This document shows positions 30,243 to 40,776 of a stretch of 64,000 nucleotides of DNA, in pieces. Under the pieces are notes generated by a model. It had not been told where the DNA came from, ran no database searches, and saw nothing but the letters and a program-made list of their open reading frames with translations. The DNA lies in assembly GCA_963730605.1 (NCBI GenBank), contig CAVSSM010000007.1, positions 128,001 through 192,000 on the forward strand, in the 5' to 3' direction. The DNA is from an uncultured Chlamydiae bacterium (GTDB taxonomy: Bacteria; Chlamydiota; Chlamydiia; Chlamydiales; SM23-39). Position 1 is the first letter of the stretch; the number at the start of each line of letters is the position of its first letter. Both the position numbers and the translations under genes were made by a program.

Positions 30243-31176
30243 AAGCCTCTCTGGGTCTCATTTGAATTCGGATCCTCGGGTCGAGGAGCGAATAGGCGAT
30301 GTCGACTAAGAACATCGACACCATGAGAAGCGCGCTGAAAAAAATGGTCAGCCCCAAGATCATCGGGTAGTCGCGCCCATGGATGCTGTGGATCATCCAT
30401 TGCCCAAGGCCAGGGATAGCGAAAATCCGCTCGATCATGAAGCTGCCAGTGATGATCTGGGTTGTCACAGGACCCAGATAAGTGACGACCGGCAGGATCG
30501 CGTTGCGAAGACCGTGGCGCAAAGCGATCTGAAAGAGGGGAAGCCCTTTGGCCAGCGCGGTCCGGATATAATCTTGCTGCAAAACCTCGACCATGTTGGA
30601 GCGGGTCAGCCGGGCGATGAAAGCGGTGGGGAGGGCCGCCAAGGCCAGCGTCGGAAGAACTGCGTGCGCGGGCGACTCCCAGCGCGCCACGGGAAAAAGA
30701 TGGAATTTCATGCAGAATAAGTACTGAAGGAAGCTGGAAATGACGAAGTTAGGGACCGAGATGCCGATCGTCGAGATGATCATCGCCGCCGTATCTTGCC
30801 ACCCGCTCCTTTTCATGGCGGCAATCGTCCCAAGCAAGATTCCGCTGGGGATGGCAACGCTTAAGGCCAAGAGCCCAAGCATCGCCGAGACGGGGAGAGC
30901 CTCGCCGATGAAGGAGCTGACGGTTCTTCCCTGGTAAACCATCGAAATTCCCAAATCCCCATGAAGAAGCCCTTTCAAATATTTCCCATATTGGACTAAG
31001 AGCGGCTGGTCGAGGCCGTAATAGGCATAGAGGGAGCGCATGATCTCTTCCGGGATCACCCTGTCTCCGATGAAGGGATCCCCTGGGATGGCGTGCATTA
31101 GGAAGAAGGTTCCCGTCACAACGACCCAGAGGGACGCCAGGAGGATCAATAATTTTTTAAAAAGGAACAGAACCAT
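30232..31176 (-). CDS. oppB: Oligopeptide ABC permease
   Basis: IPGDPF, YGLDQPL, QDYIRTALAKGL and RDYP motifs. Confidence 0.92.
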   Translation of the reverse strand: MVLFLFKKLLILLASLWVVVTGTFFLMHAIPGDPFIGDRVIPEEIMRSLYAYYGLDQPLLVQYGKYLKGLLHGDLGISMVYQGRTVSSFIGEALPVSAMLGLLALSVAIPSGILLGTIAAMKRSGWQDTAAMIISTIGISVPNFVISSFLQYLFCMKFHLFPVARWESPAHAVLPTLALAALPTAFIARLTRSNMVEVLQQDYIRTALAKGLPLFQIALRHGLRNAILPVVTYLGPVTTQIITGSFMIERIFAIPGLGQWMIHSIHGRDYPMILGLTIFFSALLMVSMFLVDIAYSLLDPRIRIQMRPREAYGE

Positions 31177-31214
31177 AGGGGTCTAAATTGTCATATCGAG
31201 TATACTACCAAAGC

Positions 31215-32606
31215 ATGTTTGACCGTAACATCGATTTTGAGAATAAATTTCACTTTACCTCCCTTGGATGCGCCCGCAACCTGGTCGATAGCGAAGTGAT
31301 GATCGGGCTTCTTCTCAAAAACGGCTATGAACATACGCCTAAGCTCGAGGAGGCTGATTACCTCGTCGTCAATACGTGCGGTTTTCTCGAAGCGTCGCGT
31401 CAGGAGGGGATCGATACCATCGATGAGCTCTTCAAGCAAAAAAAGAGAGGCGCGAAGATCATCGTCGCCGGATGCATGGTGCAAAAACATAGCGGCCAGC
31501 TCAAAGAGCGGTTTCCTGAGATCCATTACCTTTTGGGTTCGGGCGATGTGGAAAAAATCCTCGACGCTGTGACCGTGAGCCAAAAAGGCGAAGCGGTCAC
31601 AACGGCTAGAAGCTTTCTTGAGTGGGGCGAGGTTCCCCGCACCCTAACGACCCCAAAGCATTACGCCTATCTCAAGATCGCCGAAGGATGCAAGAAACGG
31701 TGCGCCTTTTGCGTCATCCCGACGATCAAAGGGCCCCTCAAGAGCAAAAGCGAGGCCCAAGTCCTCAAAGAATTCCGGGCCTTACTTTCACAAGGAGTCT
31801 TTGAAGTCATCTTAATCGCGCAAGATTTAGGCGATTTTGGCAAGGACCGCCGGGAAAAAGGGGCTCTTGCCAAGCTGCTTCGGGAGATGCTCAAAGTCGA
31901 AAAAGATTTTTGGCTCCGCCTTCTCTATCTCTATCCAGACGAGATCGATGAGGAGCTCTTAGCGGTGATGAAGAGCGATCCCCGGATTTGCCCGTATCTT
32001 GACATGCCGATCCAACATATCAATGACGGCATGCTAAAAGCGATGCATAGGACTACCTCGAAAGGCCAAATTCTCGCTACGATCGAGACGCTCCGACGGG
32101 AGATCCCCAATGTCGCAATCCGCACGAGCCTGATGGTCGGCTTTCCTGGAGAAACAGAGGCCGAGTTCGAGGAGCTCCTCTCCTTTGTCCAGAAAGTGCC
32201 GCTCGACCATGTCGGCGTCTTTCAGTTCTCTTTGGAAAAAGAGGCCTATGCGGCAAAACTTGCCCGTCAGATTCCAGAAGAAGTGAAGCGGGACCGTTTT
32301 GAGCGCCTTAGCCTGGCGCAGATGAAAATGGTCCGCAAGGCAAATAAAACAAAAGTTGGCTCTACCTTGCGGGCGATCATCGAAGGCTTCCATCCCGAAT
32401 CGAAGCTGCTGCTCCGCGCGCGCCATAGCGGACAATGCCCCGAGATCGATGGGCAGATCATCATCAACGACTCAAAAGGCGTAGACGCCTTTGCCAAACT
32501 CTACGATGTGGAGATTACGGGCACATCCGATTATGACTTGATCGGAAGGGTTATCAAAACGCCTCAGCGGAAAAACCCATGCAAACTCTCCCTCGTCTCC
32601 GGTTAA
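31215..32606 (+). CDS. rimO: Ribosomal protein S12 methylthiotransferase
   Basis: SLGCARNLVDSE, AYLKIAEGCKKRCAFCVIP radical-SAM motif, PEIDG TRAM domain. Confidence 0.96.
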   Translation: MFDRNIDFENKFHFTSLGCARNLVDSEVMIGLLLKNGYEHTPKLEEADYLVVNTCGFLEASRQEGIDTIDELFKQKKRGAKIIVAGCMVQKHSGQLKERFPEIHYLLGSGDVEKILDAVTVSQKGEAVTTARSFLEWGEVPRTLTTPKHYAYLKIAEGCKKRCAFCVIPTIKGPLKSKSEAQVLKEFRALLSQGVFEVILIAQDLGDFGKDRREKGALAKLLREMLKVEKDFWLRLLYLYPDEIDEELLAVMKSDPRICPYLDMPIQHINDGMLKAMHRTTSKGQILATIETLRREIPNVAIRTSLMVGFPGETEAEFEELLSFVQKVPLDHVGVFQFSLEKEAYAAKLARQIPEEVKRDRFERLSLAQMKMVRKANKTKVGSTLRAIIEGFHPESKLLLRARHSGQCPEIDGQIIINDSKGVDAFAKLYDVEITGTSDYDLIGRVIKTPQRKNPCKLSLVSG

Positions 32607-33742
32607 AGCCAGGCAAAGAAAAGCCGATCCTCCAGCATCATCATTGGATCTATTCCGGCGCGGTCGCATCGTTTCCAGACGCCTCTCTTCTCGCTGTCGT
32701 GGAATCCTCCGCTGGCACCCCTCTTGGGATCGCACTGCTCAGCCAGGGACATTCGATCGCAGGACATATGATCTCCTTTGGCGAGGAACTTCTCGAAGAG
32801 GCGTTGAGAAACCGGATTCGTCATGCCGTGGAGTTCCGCCGCCATTTATTCGACCCTGCCAAGACGAACGCGATCCGCCTCATCAACGCCGAAGGGGATG
32901 GGATTCCGGGGCTTATCGTCGATTCCTATGCAAACGTCCTCGTTCTCCAGATCTCCCATCCGGCGCTAGAGTCCCTCAAAGACCTCATTGTCTCGCTTCT
33001 CGTCGAGGCGTGCGGCCCCAAGGCGATCTACGAGAAGTCGACATCGTTCTTGCGCAAAAAAAGCGGCCTCGAAGAGGTCCGAAGGTCTCTTTATGGAGCC
33101 CTGAGCCCGGAAGTGGAAGTGGTTGAAAATGGGCTCAAATTCGCAGTCGACATCCAAACCGGACAAAAGACAGGCCTTTTTCTCGACCAGCGGGAGATGC
33201 GCTCGCTTGTCCGGGAGCATGCGAATCAGCGCCGTATTTTGAACGGCTTTGCCTATACCGGCGGATTCAGTATCGCATCCCTTGCCGGCGGGGCCAGCCG
33301 CGTCGACAGCGTCGAGATCAGCGCCCGGTGTAGAGCGCCGCTGGAAAAAAACCTCGCTTTGAATGGCTTATCCAAACACAAGTTCATCGAGGCCGATTTT
33401 TTCGAATTTCTCAAAACATCCAGTCTCGATTACGATCTCATCATTCTTGACCCTCCCGCGTTCGTCAAAAAGCGGGGCGATATTGCGAGGGGGTTTAGGG
33501 CCTACAAGGAGCTGAACCGGCATGTTCTTTCAAAAATGCCATCCGGCTCGCTGCTACTGAGCTGCTCTTGCTCCTATCATGTGGACGAGCCCCTTTTTCA
33601 AAACATCCTATTTCGAGCCGCATTGGAATCAAACCGCCATGTTCAGATCCTAAGCCGCCACCGCCAGGCGCTCGACCACCCCATCTCCCTCTTCCATCCC
33701 GAAAGCTCTTATCTGAAGAGCTTCTTTTTATATGTGCAGTGA
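32579..33742 (+). CDS. rlmI: 23S rRNA m5C1962 methyltransferase (RlmI-like)
   Basis: PUA domain (HHWIYSG), GQKTGLFLDQRE, ILDPPAF, SCSCS, YLK. Confidence 0.9.
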   Translation: MQTLPRLRLKPGKEKPILQHHHWIYSGAVASFPDASLLAVVESSAGTPLGIALLSQGHSIAGHMISFGEELLEEALRNRIRHAVEFRRHLFDPAKTNAIRLINAEGDGIPGLIVDSYANVLVLQISHPALESLKDLIVSLLVEACGPKAIYEKSTSFLRKKSGLEEVRRSLYGALSPEVEVVENGLKFAVDIQTGQKTGLFLDQREMRSLVREHANQRRILNGFAYTGGFSIASLAGGASRVDSVEISARCRAPLEKNLALNGLSKHKFIEADFFEFLKTSSLDYDLIILDPPAFVKKRGDIARGFRAYKELNRHVLSKMPSGSLLLSCSCSYHVDEPLFQNILFRAALESNRHVQILSRHRQALDHPISLFHPESSYLKSFFLYVQ

Positions 33743-33805
33743 CAATTTTGAGTGGTTTGGGATAAAATGGTCTCTCTCAAATCAGTCACGCAAGGAAAAA
33801 AAATC

Positions 33806-34255
33806 ATGAAAAAAGCAAAACTTTTCGCAGTTACATTGATGATGGTCGGCGGGGTCGCTCAGCTTATGGCAGATGCAACATCTCTGACGATGGAATCGAG
33901 AGAGAAAATTCTTCGCCTCTCCGATTTCGATGAACGGATGATGAACGACTTTTTTGAAGGAAAAATGAGCTATTTCATCCTGGAATGCCCCGAAGGAGTC
34001 AGTCTCCCTTTCAAGCTCGACCTGAAAGGGGAGTTCTTTGTTTTGGAATCGGCGCTAACGGCCCAGCCTTCCCTTAAATTCATGAAAACTTGCTACGTTC
34101 GGTGCGAAGGGAAGGAGAACTTCCTTTTCAGCGCCGACCTAAAAACCTGGAAGGGGTTTTCAGAGTTTTTTACAGGAGCCATCACTGTCTCCTTAGGCCA
34201 GGAAAATGAAGAGCCAGTCGCCGGCCTGCAGATCGAGCTCAACCAGAAAAATTGA
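33806..34255 (+). CDS. Exported hypothetical protein
   Basis: MKKAKLFAV signal peptide. Confidence 0.6.
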   Translation: MKKAKLFAVTLMMVGGVAQLMADATSLTMESREKILRLSDFDERMMNDFFEGKMSYFILECPEGVSLPFKLDLKGEFFVLESALTAQPSLKFMKTCYVRCEGKENFLFSADLKTWKGFSEFFTGAITVSLGQENEEPVAGLQIELNQKN

Positions 34256-34317
34256 GAGTGCTTACTCAATAGCAGATCGGAGTTTCTCGGTAACATAGGA
34301 ATTCAAGCTGATACCCA

Positions 34318-34530
34318 TTGTTTTTGCCTGAAAGGAAGCGCCTCATGCTTCTTTCTTTGATCCTAGAGAAACCGAACGTTCTTTTACTCGATGAGCCCAC
34401 AAATCACCTCGATTTACTCACGCTCGAGGCGCTGGAGAGTGCTCTTCTTCATTTCGAAGGGGCTATTTTAGCCGTCTCTCACGACCCGACTTTTATCGAG
34501 AAGCTGGCCACCCAGGAATGGAGATTGTAA
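34318..34530 (+). pseudogene. C-terminal fragment of an ABC-F ATPase
   Basis: ERKRL...LLLDEPTNHLDL...ILAVSHD; no Walker A upstream. Confidence 0.75.
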
Positions 34531-34610
34531 GAAATTCATAACTAAATATTTAAAAAAGCATATTTATTTATAATTAATATTTGTATAAAGTGTAATTAGG
34601 CGGTGTTTCA

Positions 34611-34931
34611 ATGAAGATTCATCCTAATGATCAAGCTATTATAAATACCTTGGCCGCCCTAGAGCAGGCCGGGGAAAAAGGATTTAGGGCCTATTATTCC
34701 GGCGAAAAGCAAGCAGGAACACAGGAAGTCAAAAATGCGTTGCATAAGTCTGCGCAAAACATCAATTCATTTCAAGATCCTCAACTGAGACGGGAAGCCA
34801 AAAAGCTATTGGATGTAACGAACAAAGCGATCGCCGAATACATGAAAAATCCGACAGATGATAATCTAGATGTTTTGAAAACGGACATCGATGCGTACAA
34901 AGGGTTCCTCGCCGATCATCAGTCGTCCTAA
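34611..34931 (+). CDS. Hypothetical helical protein
   Basis: 106-aa ORF after an AT-rich promoter-like region. Confidence 0.6.
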   Translation: MKIHPNDQAIINTLAALEQAGEKGFRAYYSGEKQAGTQEVKNALHKSAQNINSFQDPQLRREAKKLLDVTNKAIAEYMKNPTDDNLDVLKTDIDAYKGFLADHQSS

Positions 34932-35682
34932 CAAGACGATCTTCTTTAAAAAAGAAGGACGAGGAGCCACTCATTTTGCCCTCTTTCACAATGCGGGGGC
35001 GAGCCACTCGTTCATGCGTAAGCTTTTTGCCCACCTGAAAAAACGAGGCATAGCGCTCACATTCGATTGGCCAGGGCACGGAAAAAGCAAGAGCCGCGCC
35101 GACGGCGATTATAGTGTGGATGCGCAAGGAGAGATGATTGCCGAGTTTTTGAAGAAGCAAAGCGGCAAGAAATGGGTCTTGGTCGGATTGAATTTTGGGG
35201 CCAATTTAGCATTGGAAGTGGCCAATCTTTATCCGAACCTCGTTTCCCATTTAGTCTTGATCGAGCCTCCCATCTTGCTTCCTCCCGAATCGGTTCATTG
35301 GGTAGAGGGCCTTATGAAGGATCTTCGCGAATTGCCGCCGAAGACTTACGGGAAAAAAACCGCCAAGGAGATTTTCCTTTTCCCTCCAAGTCCAGAAGAT
35401 CGAAAAATTGTCGAAAAGGCGTATGAGAAAATCGACCGAGACATCTACATCGCTACTTTTAAGGCTTTTTTGAACTGGGATAAAGGCGCCTCTGAAAAAT
35501 TGAAGGCTCTGAAAATCCCCGTCCTCCACATCTTGACCTCGAACCCCTTTTGCCCCGACCTTTCAGGGTGCATCCCCCATGTAGTTACGGGGAGGATCGT
35601 AGGTTCTGGGTATTGGGCGCCACTCGAGGTCCCCGAGCAAGTCAACGCCATGATCGACCGATTCTTGCTTTGTTACAAGTAG
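34891..35682 (+). CDS. Alpha/beta hydrolase fold protein (nucleophile elbow GLNFG)
   Basis: FDWPGHGKS, LVGLNFGA, LVLIEPP and GSGYWAPLEVPEQVN motifs. Confidence 0.85.
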   Translation: MRTKGSSPIISRPNKTIFFKKEGRGATHFALFHNAGASHSFMRKLFAHLKKRGIALTFDWPGHGKSKSRADGDYSVDAQGEMIAEFLKKQSGKKWVLVGLNFGANLALEVANLYPNLVSHLVLIEPPILLPPESVHWVEGLMKDLRELPPKTYGKKTAKEIFLFPPSPEDRKIVEKAYEKIDRDIYIATFKAFLNWDKGASEKLKALKIPVLHILTSNPFCPDLSGCIPHVVTGRIVGSGYWAPLEVPEQVNAMIDRFLLCYK

Positions 35683-35684
35683 AT

Positions 35685-37853
35685 TCAGGTTACTTGAGTA
35701 TAGATTCCATTCCAAGATGCGGAGGGAGGGTTTTGCAAGAAGGCGCCGCAGCGGTTGTGGAGGGTCCGGCTCGGGGGGTCGTTCTGCTGGTTTTTGAGGA
35801 GGTCGATGGCCTCTTGGAAGCGGCGGCTTCGGTAAGCTTCCAAAGCCTTGGCGTAGTTTACGAGGGTGCCCTCCATCTCGGGGTGTTCCCCTTTTTTGCC
35901 TAAGATCTCATAGACGTCGATCCCTTCGGTCTCGCCTCTTACGGCGACGAAGTCTAAGAGGCGGAAGGTGAAGAGTTCCTTGGCATCTTCAAAGATCGCT
36001 TTGCTTACAAGCATAGTGGTCCCATAGTGTTTGTTGAGGCTCTCCAAGCGCGATGCAATATTGACGCCATTACCGATCGCCGTGTAATTGAGCCGGTCGG
36101 GGGCGCCGAAGTTTCCCACCATCACCCGGTCCTTGTGGAGGCCGAACCTTGTTTCGAAACGCGGGAGGTTTTGCCACCTTGGGGATGCGAAGAGTTCTTG
36201 CAGGGCGGATGCGCAATCGAGTATGGCCTGGCAAGCGATCTGAGCGTGGTTTGGAACCGGAGTTGGGGCATTCCAGAGAGCCAGGATCCCATCGCCGATG
36301 TATTTATCAATGGTGCCTTGACTTTTGTTCTGGATGATCTGGGTCATCACTTTGAGATACTCCCCAAGAGCGGCAGCAAGTTCGTTCACAGGGAGCTTTT
36401 CTGAAGAAGCGGTAAAGTTCTGGATATCGGTAAAAAGGATGGTAATCTCTTGCAATTGTCCGCCAAGTTCCGGCTCTTTTTCCGATTGATAGAGTTGCCT
36501 TACAAGTTGCACGGGGACATACTTACCCATGGCCCGCATGGCGGTCTTGGCGAGCTCGAGGCTGGCGAGGATTTCATAGACGTCCTGAAACATGGAGCGC
36601 GGATCTGTTGGGGTGAAGTCGAACTGACGCATCTTCCCCGTTTCGCTAAGTATCTTCGCTTGTCCTTTTTTGAGGGCGTGTCCGATGAAATACCCGCCGA
36701 CGCATAAAGAACCCATGATGAGGCTGGCCGCGAGGAGAAGCCGGTTTCGTAACGTCAGAAGAGTGCCGACGTAGTACTTTTCCGGAACGACGATCCCGAG
36801 GATCCAGCCTTGAGATCCCTCAATCTCTCTAAAAGTCACAAGATAGGTTTTGCCCTGATAGTCAAACTCCCCAGACTGTAAAGGGGCGGCCTCCGTGACT
36901 AATTGGAGTGCTCGGTTTTTTAAACTTAAGCGGACCTCTGGCGGAGCGTTTGCCGAGGAGAAGCGCAGATCCCCATGGATGGGCCGAAGAGGATCACCTG
37001 CGTTTGGGCGTGTGACGAGCTCTCGAGATCGATCGGTGATGAAGACGACGTGGGGATCGTTGGGGTCCTCCGGGATAAGCTTGAACTGGCTGATCGTGTC
37101 GATTTGCTTAGCTGAGAGACCCACTCTGAGAACGCCGAGAAAGCTGCCTTTGGCGTTTGTCACGGCTTTTTGCAAGCTCACCTCCACTTGGCGCTCATTT
37201 TCGGGAAGGTTTTCGTTTTGAGACCAGTGGAGGTCGCTCCAGAGCTCTTTGCCCGCATAGTGCTCATTGGCAGGGGTCATGAAGGTGGGATGTGTCGTGG
37301 GGTCGGCGATAGAACCGGCCACCGCATTCGTCAAGGGCGCGCCGAAGAGATTGTTTTTTGCCGTGCGGAGCCGCAAATCAACGACCCATTGACCATCCTT
37401 TTGATAGGTATAGCGTGTATCGATGGGCGAGGCGCTAACGCCCGCTCTCCTAAAGAGGCTCATCTCGCCTCGATTTTGAGGAGCGAGCAGGATATTGCCC
37501 TTTCCGTCACTTCCGATTTTTTCCCCATAGGTTAAGGAGATCTCGGAAAGATTGTCATTTGTCAGGAGTAAGGTAAAGAGAAGGGTCTCTAGGGCGGCTG
37601 GGTCTTTGGGATCGAAGACTTGGTGGTTCACTTCAGCTTGGAAGTTCTCTTCAATTTCCTCTGCCTGGCCAAGGTAGGAGGTGACTTTTTCTGCCAGTAC
37701 GCGGCTGGCCTCGCCCCGTAAGTTGTCGGACGCCTGCATGATCGAGGCTTGAGAGGTTTGGAAGAGAAGGTAAAAAAGAAGACCGAGGAGCGCTACAGCT
37801 CCGATGAGGCTGATGCTAAAAAGCTGTGCGAGCGTGATTCGGGAGCTTTTCAT
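35685..37853 (-). CDS. Membrane class III adenylate/guanylate cyclase with Cache-like sensor
   Basis: Two TM segments; LFTDIQNFT, IDKYIGDG and YTAIGNGVNIASRLE motifs. Confidence 0.93.
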   Translation of the reverse strand: MKSSRITLAQLFSISLIGAVALLGLLFYLLFQTSQASIMQASDNLRGEASRVLAEKVTSYLGQAEEIEENFQAEVNHQVFDPKDPAALETLLFTLLLTNDNLSEISLTYGEKIGSDGKGNILLAPQNRGEMSLFRRAGVSASPIDTRYTYQKDGQWVVDLRLRTAKNNLFGAPLTNAVAGSIADPTTHPTFMTPANEHYAGKELWSDLHWSQNENLPENERQVEVSLQKAVTNAKGSFLGVLRVGLSAKQIDTISQFKLIPEDPNDPHVVFITDRSRELVTRPNAGDPLRPIHGDLRFSSANAPPEVRLSLKNRALQLVTEAAPLQSGEFDYQGKTYLVTFREIEGSQGWILGIVVPEKYYVGTLLTLRNRLLLAASLIMGSLCVGGYFIGHALKKGQAKILSETGKMRQFDFTPTDPRSMFQDVYEILASLELAKTAMRAMGKYVPVQLVRQLYQSEKEPELGGQLQEITILFTDIQNFTASSEKLPVNELAAALGEYLKVMTQIIQNKSQGTIDKYIGDGILALWNAPTPVPNHAQIACQAILDCASALQELFASPRWQNLPRFETRFGLHKDRVMVGNFGAPDRLNYTAIGNGVNIASRLESLNKHYGTTMLVSKAIFEDAKELFTFRLLDFVAVRGETEGIDVYEILGKKGEHPEMEGTLVNYAKALEAYRSRRFQEAIDLLKNQQNDPPSRTLHNRCGAFLQNPPSASWNGIYTQVT

Positions 37854-38015
37854 TCTGGGGCCTTCTTTCGTTGTATATAGATTTGCTCGATTTTCGGGAT
37901 TATTTTGTTTGGAAAGTCCTTTTGTTGATTAAATTCCAATTCGTCGGTAGATAGGGGATTAGAGGTATCTATAGTTCTCCCATTTCGTTAGACGCCTCTC
38001 TTAAAGGAGACGCCT

Positions 38016-39086
38016 ATGTTGTCATCGAAAATCCAGTATTGGTTCTATCGGATATCGACCATTCTTCGATCGATTAAAACCCTGTACACTCTCTCGCCAG
38101 AAAAAGTAAACACCTTCGTTGATTCTTATAATGTATACAATTATGACTGGAGAAATGAAGATGAGTTGATTAATGATTTTGGATTCGATTATTATAAAGA
38201 AGTTAAAAATCGTGTCGTTGATTATTATAGCGTGTTGAATCATCTGTGCTCCATCGGCCAAGTGGAAAAAATGTATATCCCAGCGGCTATGGATCTTTCC
38301 AAATCCATGATCGCCAATCAGATCCTATTTGAAAAGAAAATGAGCCAAGATCTTGGCATTCGCATTGGGAACAAAGTATTGGATATCGGATGTGGAAGAG
38401 GGCGCATTGCGAGCCATATTGCGACTCTGACCCAAGCGGAAGTCACTGGAATGAATATCGATACAGTCCAATTGGAGAGCGCCCGGCAATATGCTTTGGG
38501 CAATGGCATATCCTGTCAATTCAAGCTCGCCGATTTAAACGAACCCCTTCCTTTTCCCGATCACTATTTCGATGCCGTCTACGATGTGGGAGTATTCACC
38601 TATTCCAGGAATCTCAATCAATTATTCAAAGAGATTCATCGGATTTTGAAGCCGGGAGGGAAATTCGCTTGCCTCGATTGGGTGCGCCTTCCCAATTACA
38701 ACCCGGCGAATCCTCATCATGCGGATTTGATGAGGCGGATCAAGCCTTTAATCGGAGCGATCGGCACGCCGTCGATAGAGGAGTTCAATGGAGCGGCGGA
38801 AAATGCCGGGTTTCAACTTCTCATCAATGAAAATGCCAGCATCGATGGATTGCAGGCGCCCTTGATTGAGAATACCGACCGTTTCTTTAGCCGCGTCACA
38901 AGTGCGATCCGATGGCTTGTCCGGTGCAAGATATTGCCTGCCCATTTTAAAACCCTATTCGACCGTCTCACGCAAGATGGAAAGGCATTCGTTGAAGCCG
39001 ACCGCCTAAGATTAGTGACAAGCAGCCACTATGTAGTCGCTGAAAAACCAAGAGTTCCGCGTCAGCAAGAGTTTTTCAAGTCTTAA
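38016..39086 (+). CDS. Class I SAM methyltransferase, sterol C24-methyltransferase-like
   Basis: VLDIGCGRG, LPFPDHYFD and ILKPGGKF motifs; size and layout resemble SMT/ERG6. Confidence 0.75.
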   Translation: MLSSKIQYWFYRISTILRSIKTLYTLSPEKVNTFVDSYNVYNYDWRNEDELINDFGFDYYKEVKNRVVDYYSVLNHLCSIGQVEKMYIPAAMDLSKSMIANQILFEKKMSQDLGIRIGNKVLDIGCGRGRIASHIATLTQAEVTGMNIDTVQLESARQYALGNGISCQFKLADLNEPLPFPDHYFDAVYDVGVFTYSRNLNQLFKEIHRILKPGGKFACLDWVRLPNYNPANPHHADLMRRIKPLIGAIGTPSIEEFNGAAENAGFQLLINENASIDGLQAPLIENTDRFFSRVTSAIRWLVRCKILPAHFKTLFDRLTQDGKAFVEADRLRLVTSSHYVVAEKPRVPRQQEFFKS

Positions 39087-39114
39087 GCAAAAAAGTTTCT
39101 CAGGATTTGCTCTG

Positions 39115-39501
39115 TTAACACCCGCTGCCAGGCATCAGCACGACTGGAATGAGGTGGTCGGCTGTTAGCGTGTAGGTCGCGCCCTGTATAAAGTCGATCC
39201 AGTTAGTGACGTAATCGGGCTCTCCAGAACCTTTCGACCAGACCAGCACGCGGAATTGCTGTGCTTTTATAGGGATGGTGAGTTTGACTTCCCCTGTTTG
39301 AGAAACGGGTTGCAACGAGGAGGGATTCAGTTTTCCGCCATACATCAGAGTTTTGTTATTCACGTCTACATCTCTTGCAGAATTGGCCCATTGTACAGCC
39401 ATTTTCGACTGTTGCGTCGGATAAGCGCTCTGATTGTCGAGAAAGATGGATTCAGCGAAGAGAGAGGCTGTTAAGAAAAAGAACAAGCAAATTTTTTTCA
39501 T
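39115..39501 (-). CDS. Exported hypothetical protein
   Basis: MKKICLFFFLTASLFA signal peptide. Confidence 0.7.
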   Translation of the reverse strand: MKKICLFFFLTASLFAESIFLDNQSAYPTQQSKMAVQWANSARDVDVNNKTLMYGGKLNPSSLQPVSQTGEVKLTIPIKAQQFRVLVWSKGSGEPDYVTNWIDFIQGATYTLTADHLIPVVLMPGSGC

Positions 39502-39518
39502 GGTGTTACCGGTTTAAG

Positions 39519-40715
39519 TTACTTAATTAAGAGTCCTTCTTGGGGCACGCATTGTGGGTTTGGATCGGGTTGCGGCGCTTGAAGAGGGAAGACTCCTTCC
39601 GAGCAGAGGGTCGTCGTCCGTCCTTGTTGCTTAAAAACTTCTTTTGGAAGGTGGACGGTGACGTTTTTGATCATATTGACCGCTTCAGCGATTTCGAAGT
39701 CGCCGACCATGCTTAAGAATTGGTAACTCTCTTCGCGGGTGAATCCTTGCATCCGAACAAGGAAGTCGATTGTGTTTAGGGCGGCGAGCTTCATCGCTTC
39801 CATGAGATCCGTATGGAGGCCGACAAGCATCCAGTGGGTCTCGTTTTCGATAATGGGCCATGTAAAGACATCGCCCCCTTTGCGTTTTGTTTTATCGAAG
39901 ACGCCTTTTGCCCGGAGATCTTTTCTCACGATAAATTGGAGGGTGATGCCTTCATATGAGGTTTCGAGGGCTGTAACATCGATCTCTCCGTTGCTCTGCA
40001 TGGCGTGGGAATCGCCGGTCCAGACCAGCCCTCCTTTTTGGAAGACGGGAACGAAGAGGATGGAGCCTGCTTGCAGCTCTGGCTGATCTAAATTACCGGC
40101 AAAGGGGCCTGGTGGAACAGAATTGAATTCCCCTTTGACCGGTTGTGCGAGGGGAGTATCAATATCGACGGGCCACTCTTTTGGCCAGTCAAGAGGTGGG
40201 GCGACAGCGATGATGCCTGGAAAGGGTTTGAGGGGAAGGCAAATGCCAGGTGAGAATTCGGTTGTGTTATGTTCTTTATCGAATTTGAAATACTTGATTT
40301 GGGGCTTGGAAAAGTTGTCAAAGATCCCTGCTGATGGGCTGAGGAAATTATATCCAAAGTCGCTGAGTTTAATATCGAGGACGCGGATCTCTAACACATC
40401 GCCCGGTTCGGCTCCTTCCACGTAAACGGGTCCGGTGAGCGAGTGCATGCCGCGTCTTTTTTGGATGTCGTGTTTCTGATAAAATTTGGCTACATCGGCA
40501 GGGGTTGTTACGTTATAGACCATGGCGTGGAGACAGCTATTCCAGGTCTCGAAAGTGACAGAGTCTCCAGAGTTTACTTTGACGACCGGGGGTTTATTCA
40601 GGGTAAAAAGTCCTAGAGTGACCGTTTCCGATGTTGCTGGGACATTGTAGGTTTTCCCCGCGAGAGTTGCAGTGATGAAAGTAGCAGTTGCGAGCAGGGT
40701 AAAAAACTTCGTCAT
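39519..40715 (-). CDS. Acetamidase/formamidase-family protein with signal peptide
   Basis: HSLTGPVYVEGAEPGDVL, AGNLD and GDSHAMQSNGE metal motifs. Confidence 0.9.
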   Translation of the reverse strand: MTKFFTLLATATFITATLAGKTYNVPATSETVTLGLFTLNKPPVVKVNSGDSVTFETWNSCLHAMVYNVTTPADVAKFYQKHDIQKRRGMHSLTGPVYVEGAEPGDVLEIRVLDIKLSDFGYNFLSPSAGIFDNFSKPQIKYFKFDKEHNTTEFSPGICLPLKPFPGIIAVAPPLDWPKEWPVDIDTPLAQPVKGEFNSVPPGPFAGNLDQPELQAGSILFVPVFQKGGLVWTGDSHAMQSNGEIDVTALETSYEGITLQFIVRKDLRAKGVFDKTKRKGGDVFTWPIIENETHWMLVGLHTDLMEAMKLAALNTIDFLVRMQGFTREESYQFLSMVGDFEIAEAVNMIKNVTVHLPKEVFKQQGRTTTLCSEGVFPLQAPQPDPNPQCVPQEGLLIK

Positions 40716-40776
40716 TTCAGCTCCTGATTTCCAAATCTATATGTAATCGCTAATGTGGCTAAAGGCAAGAGAATAA

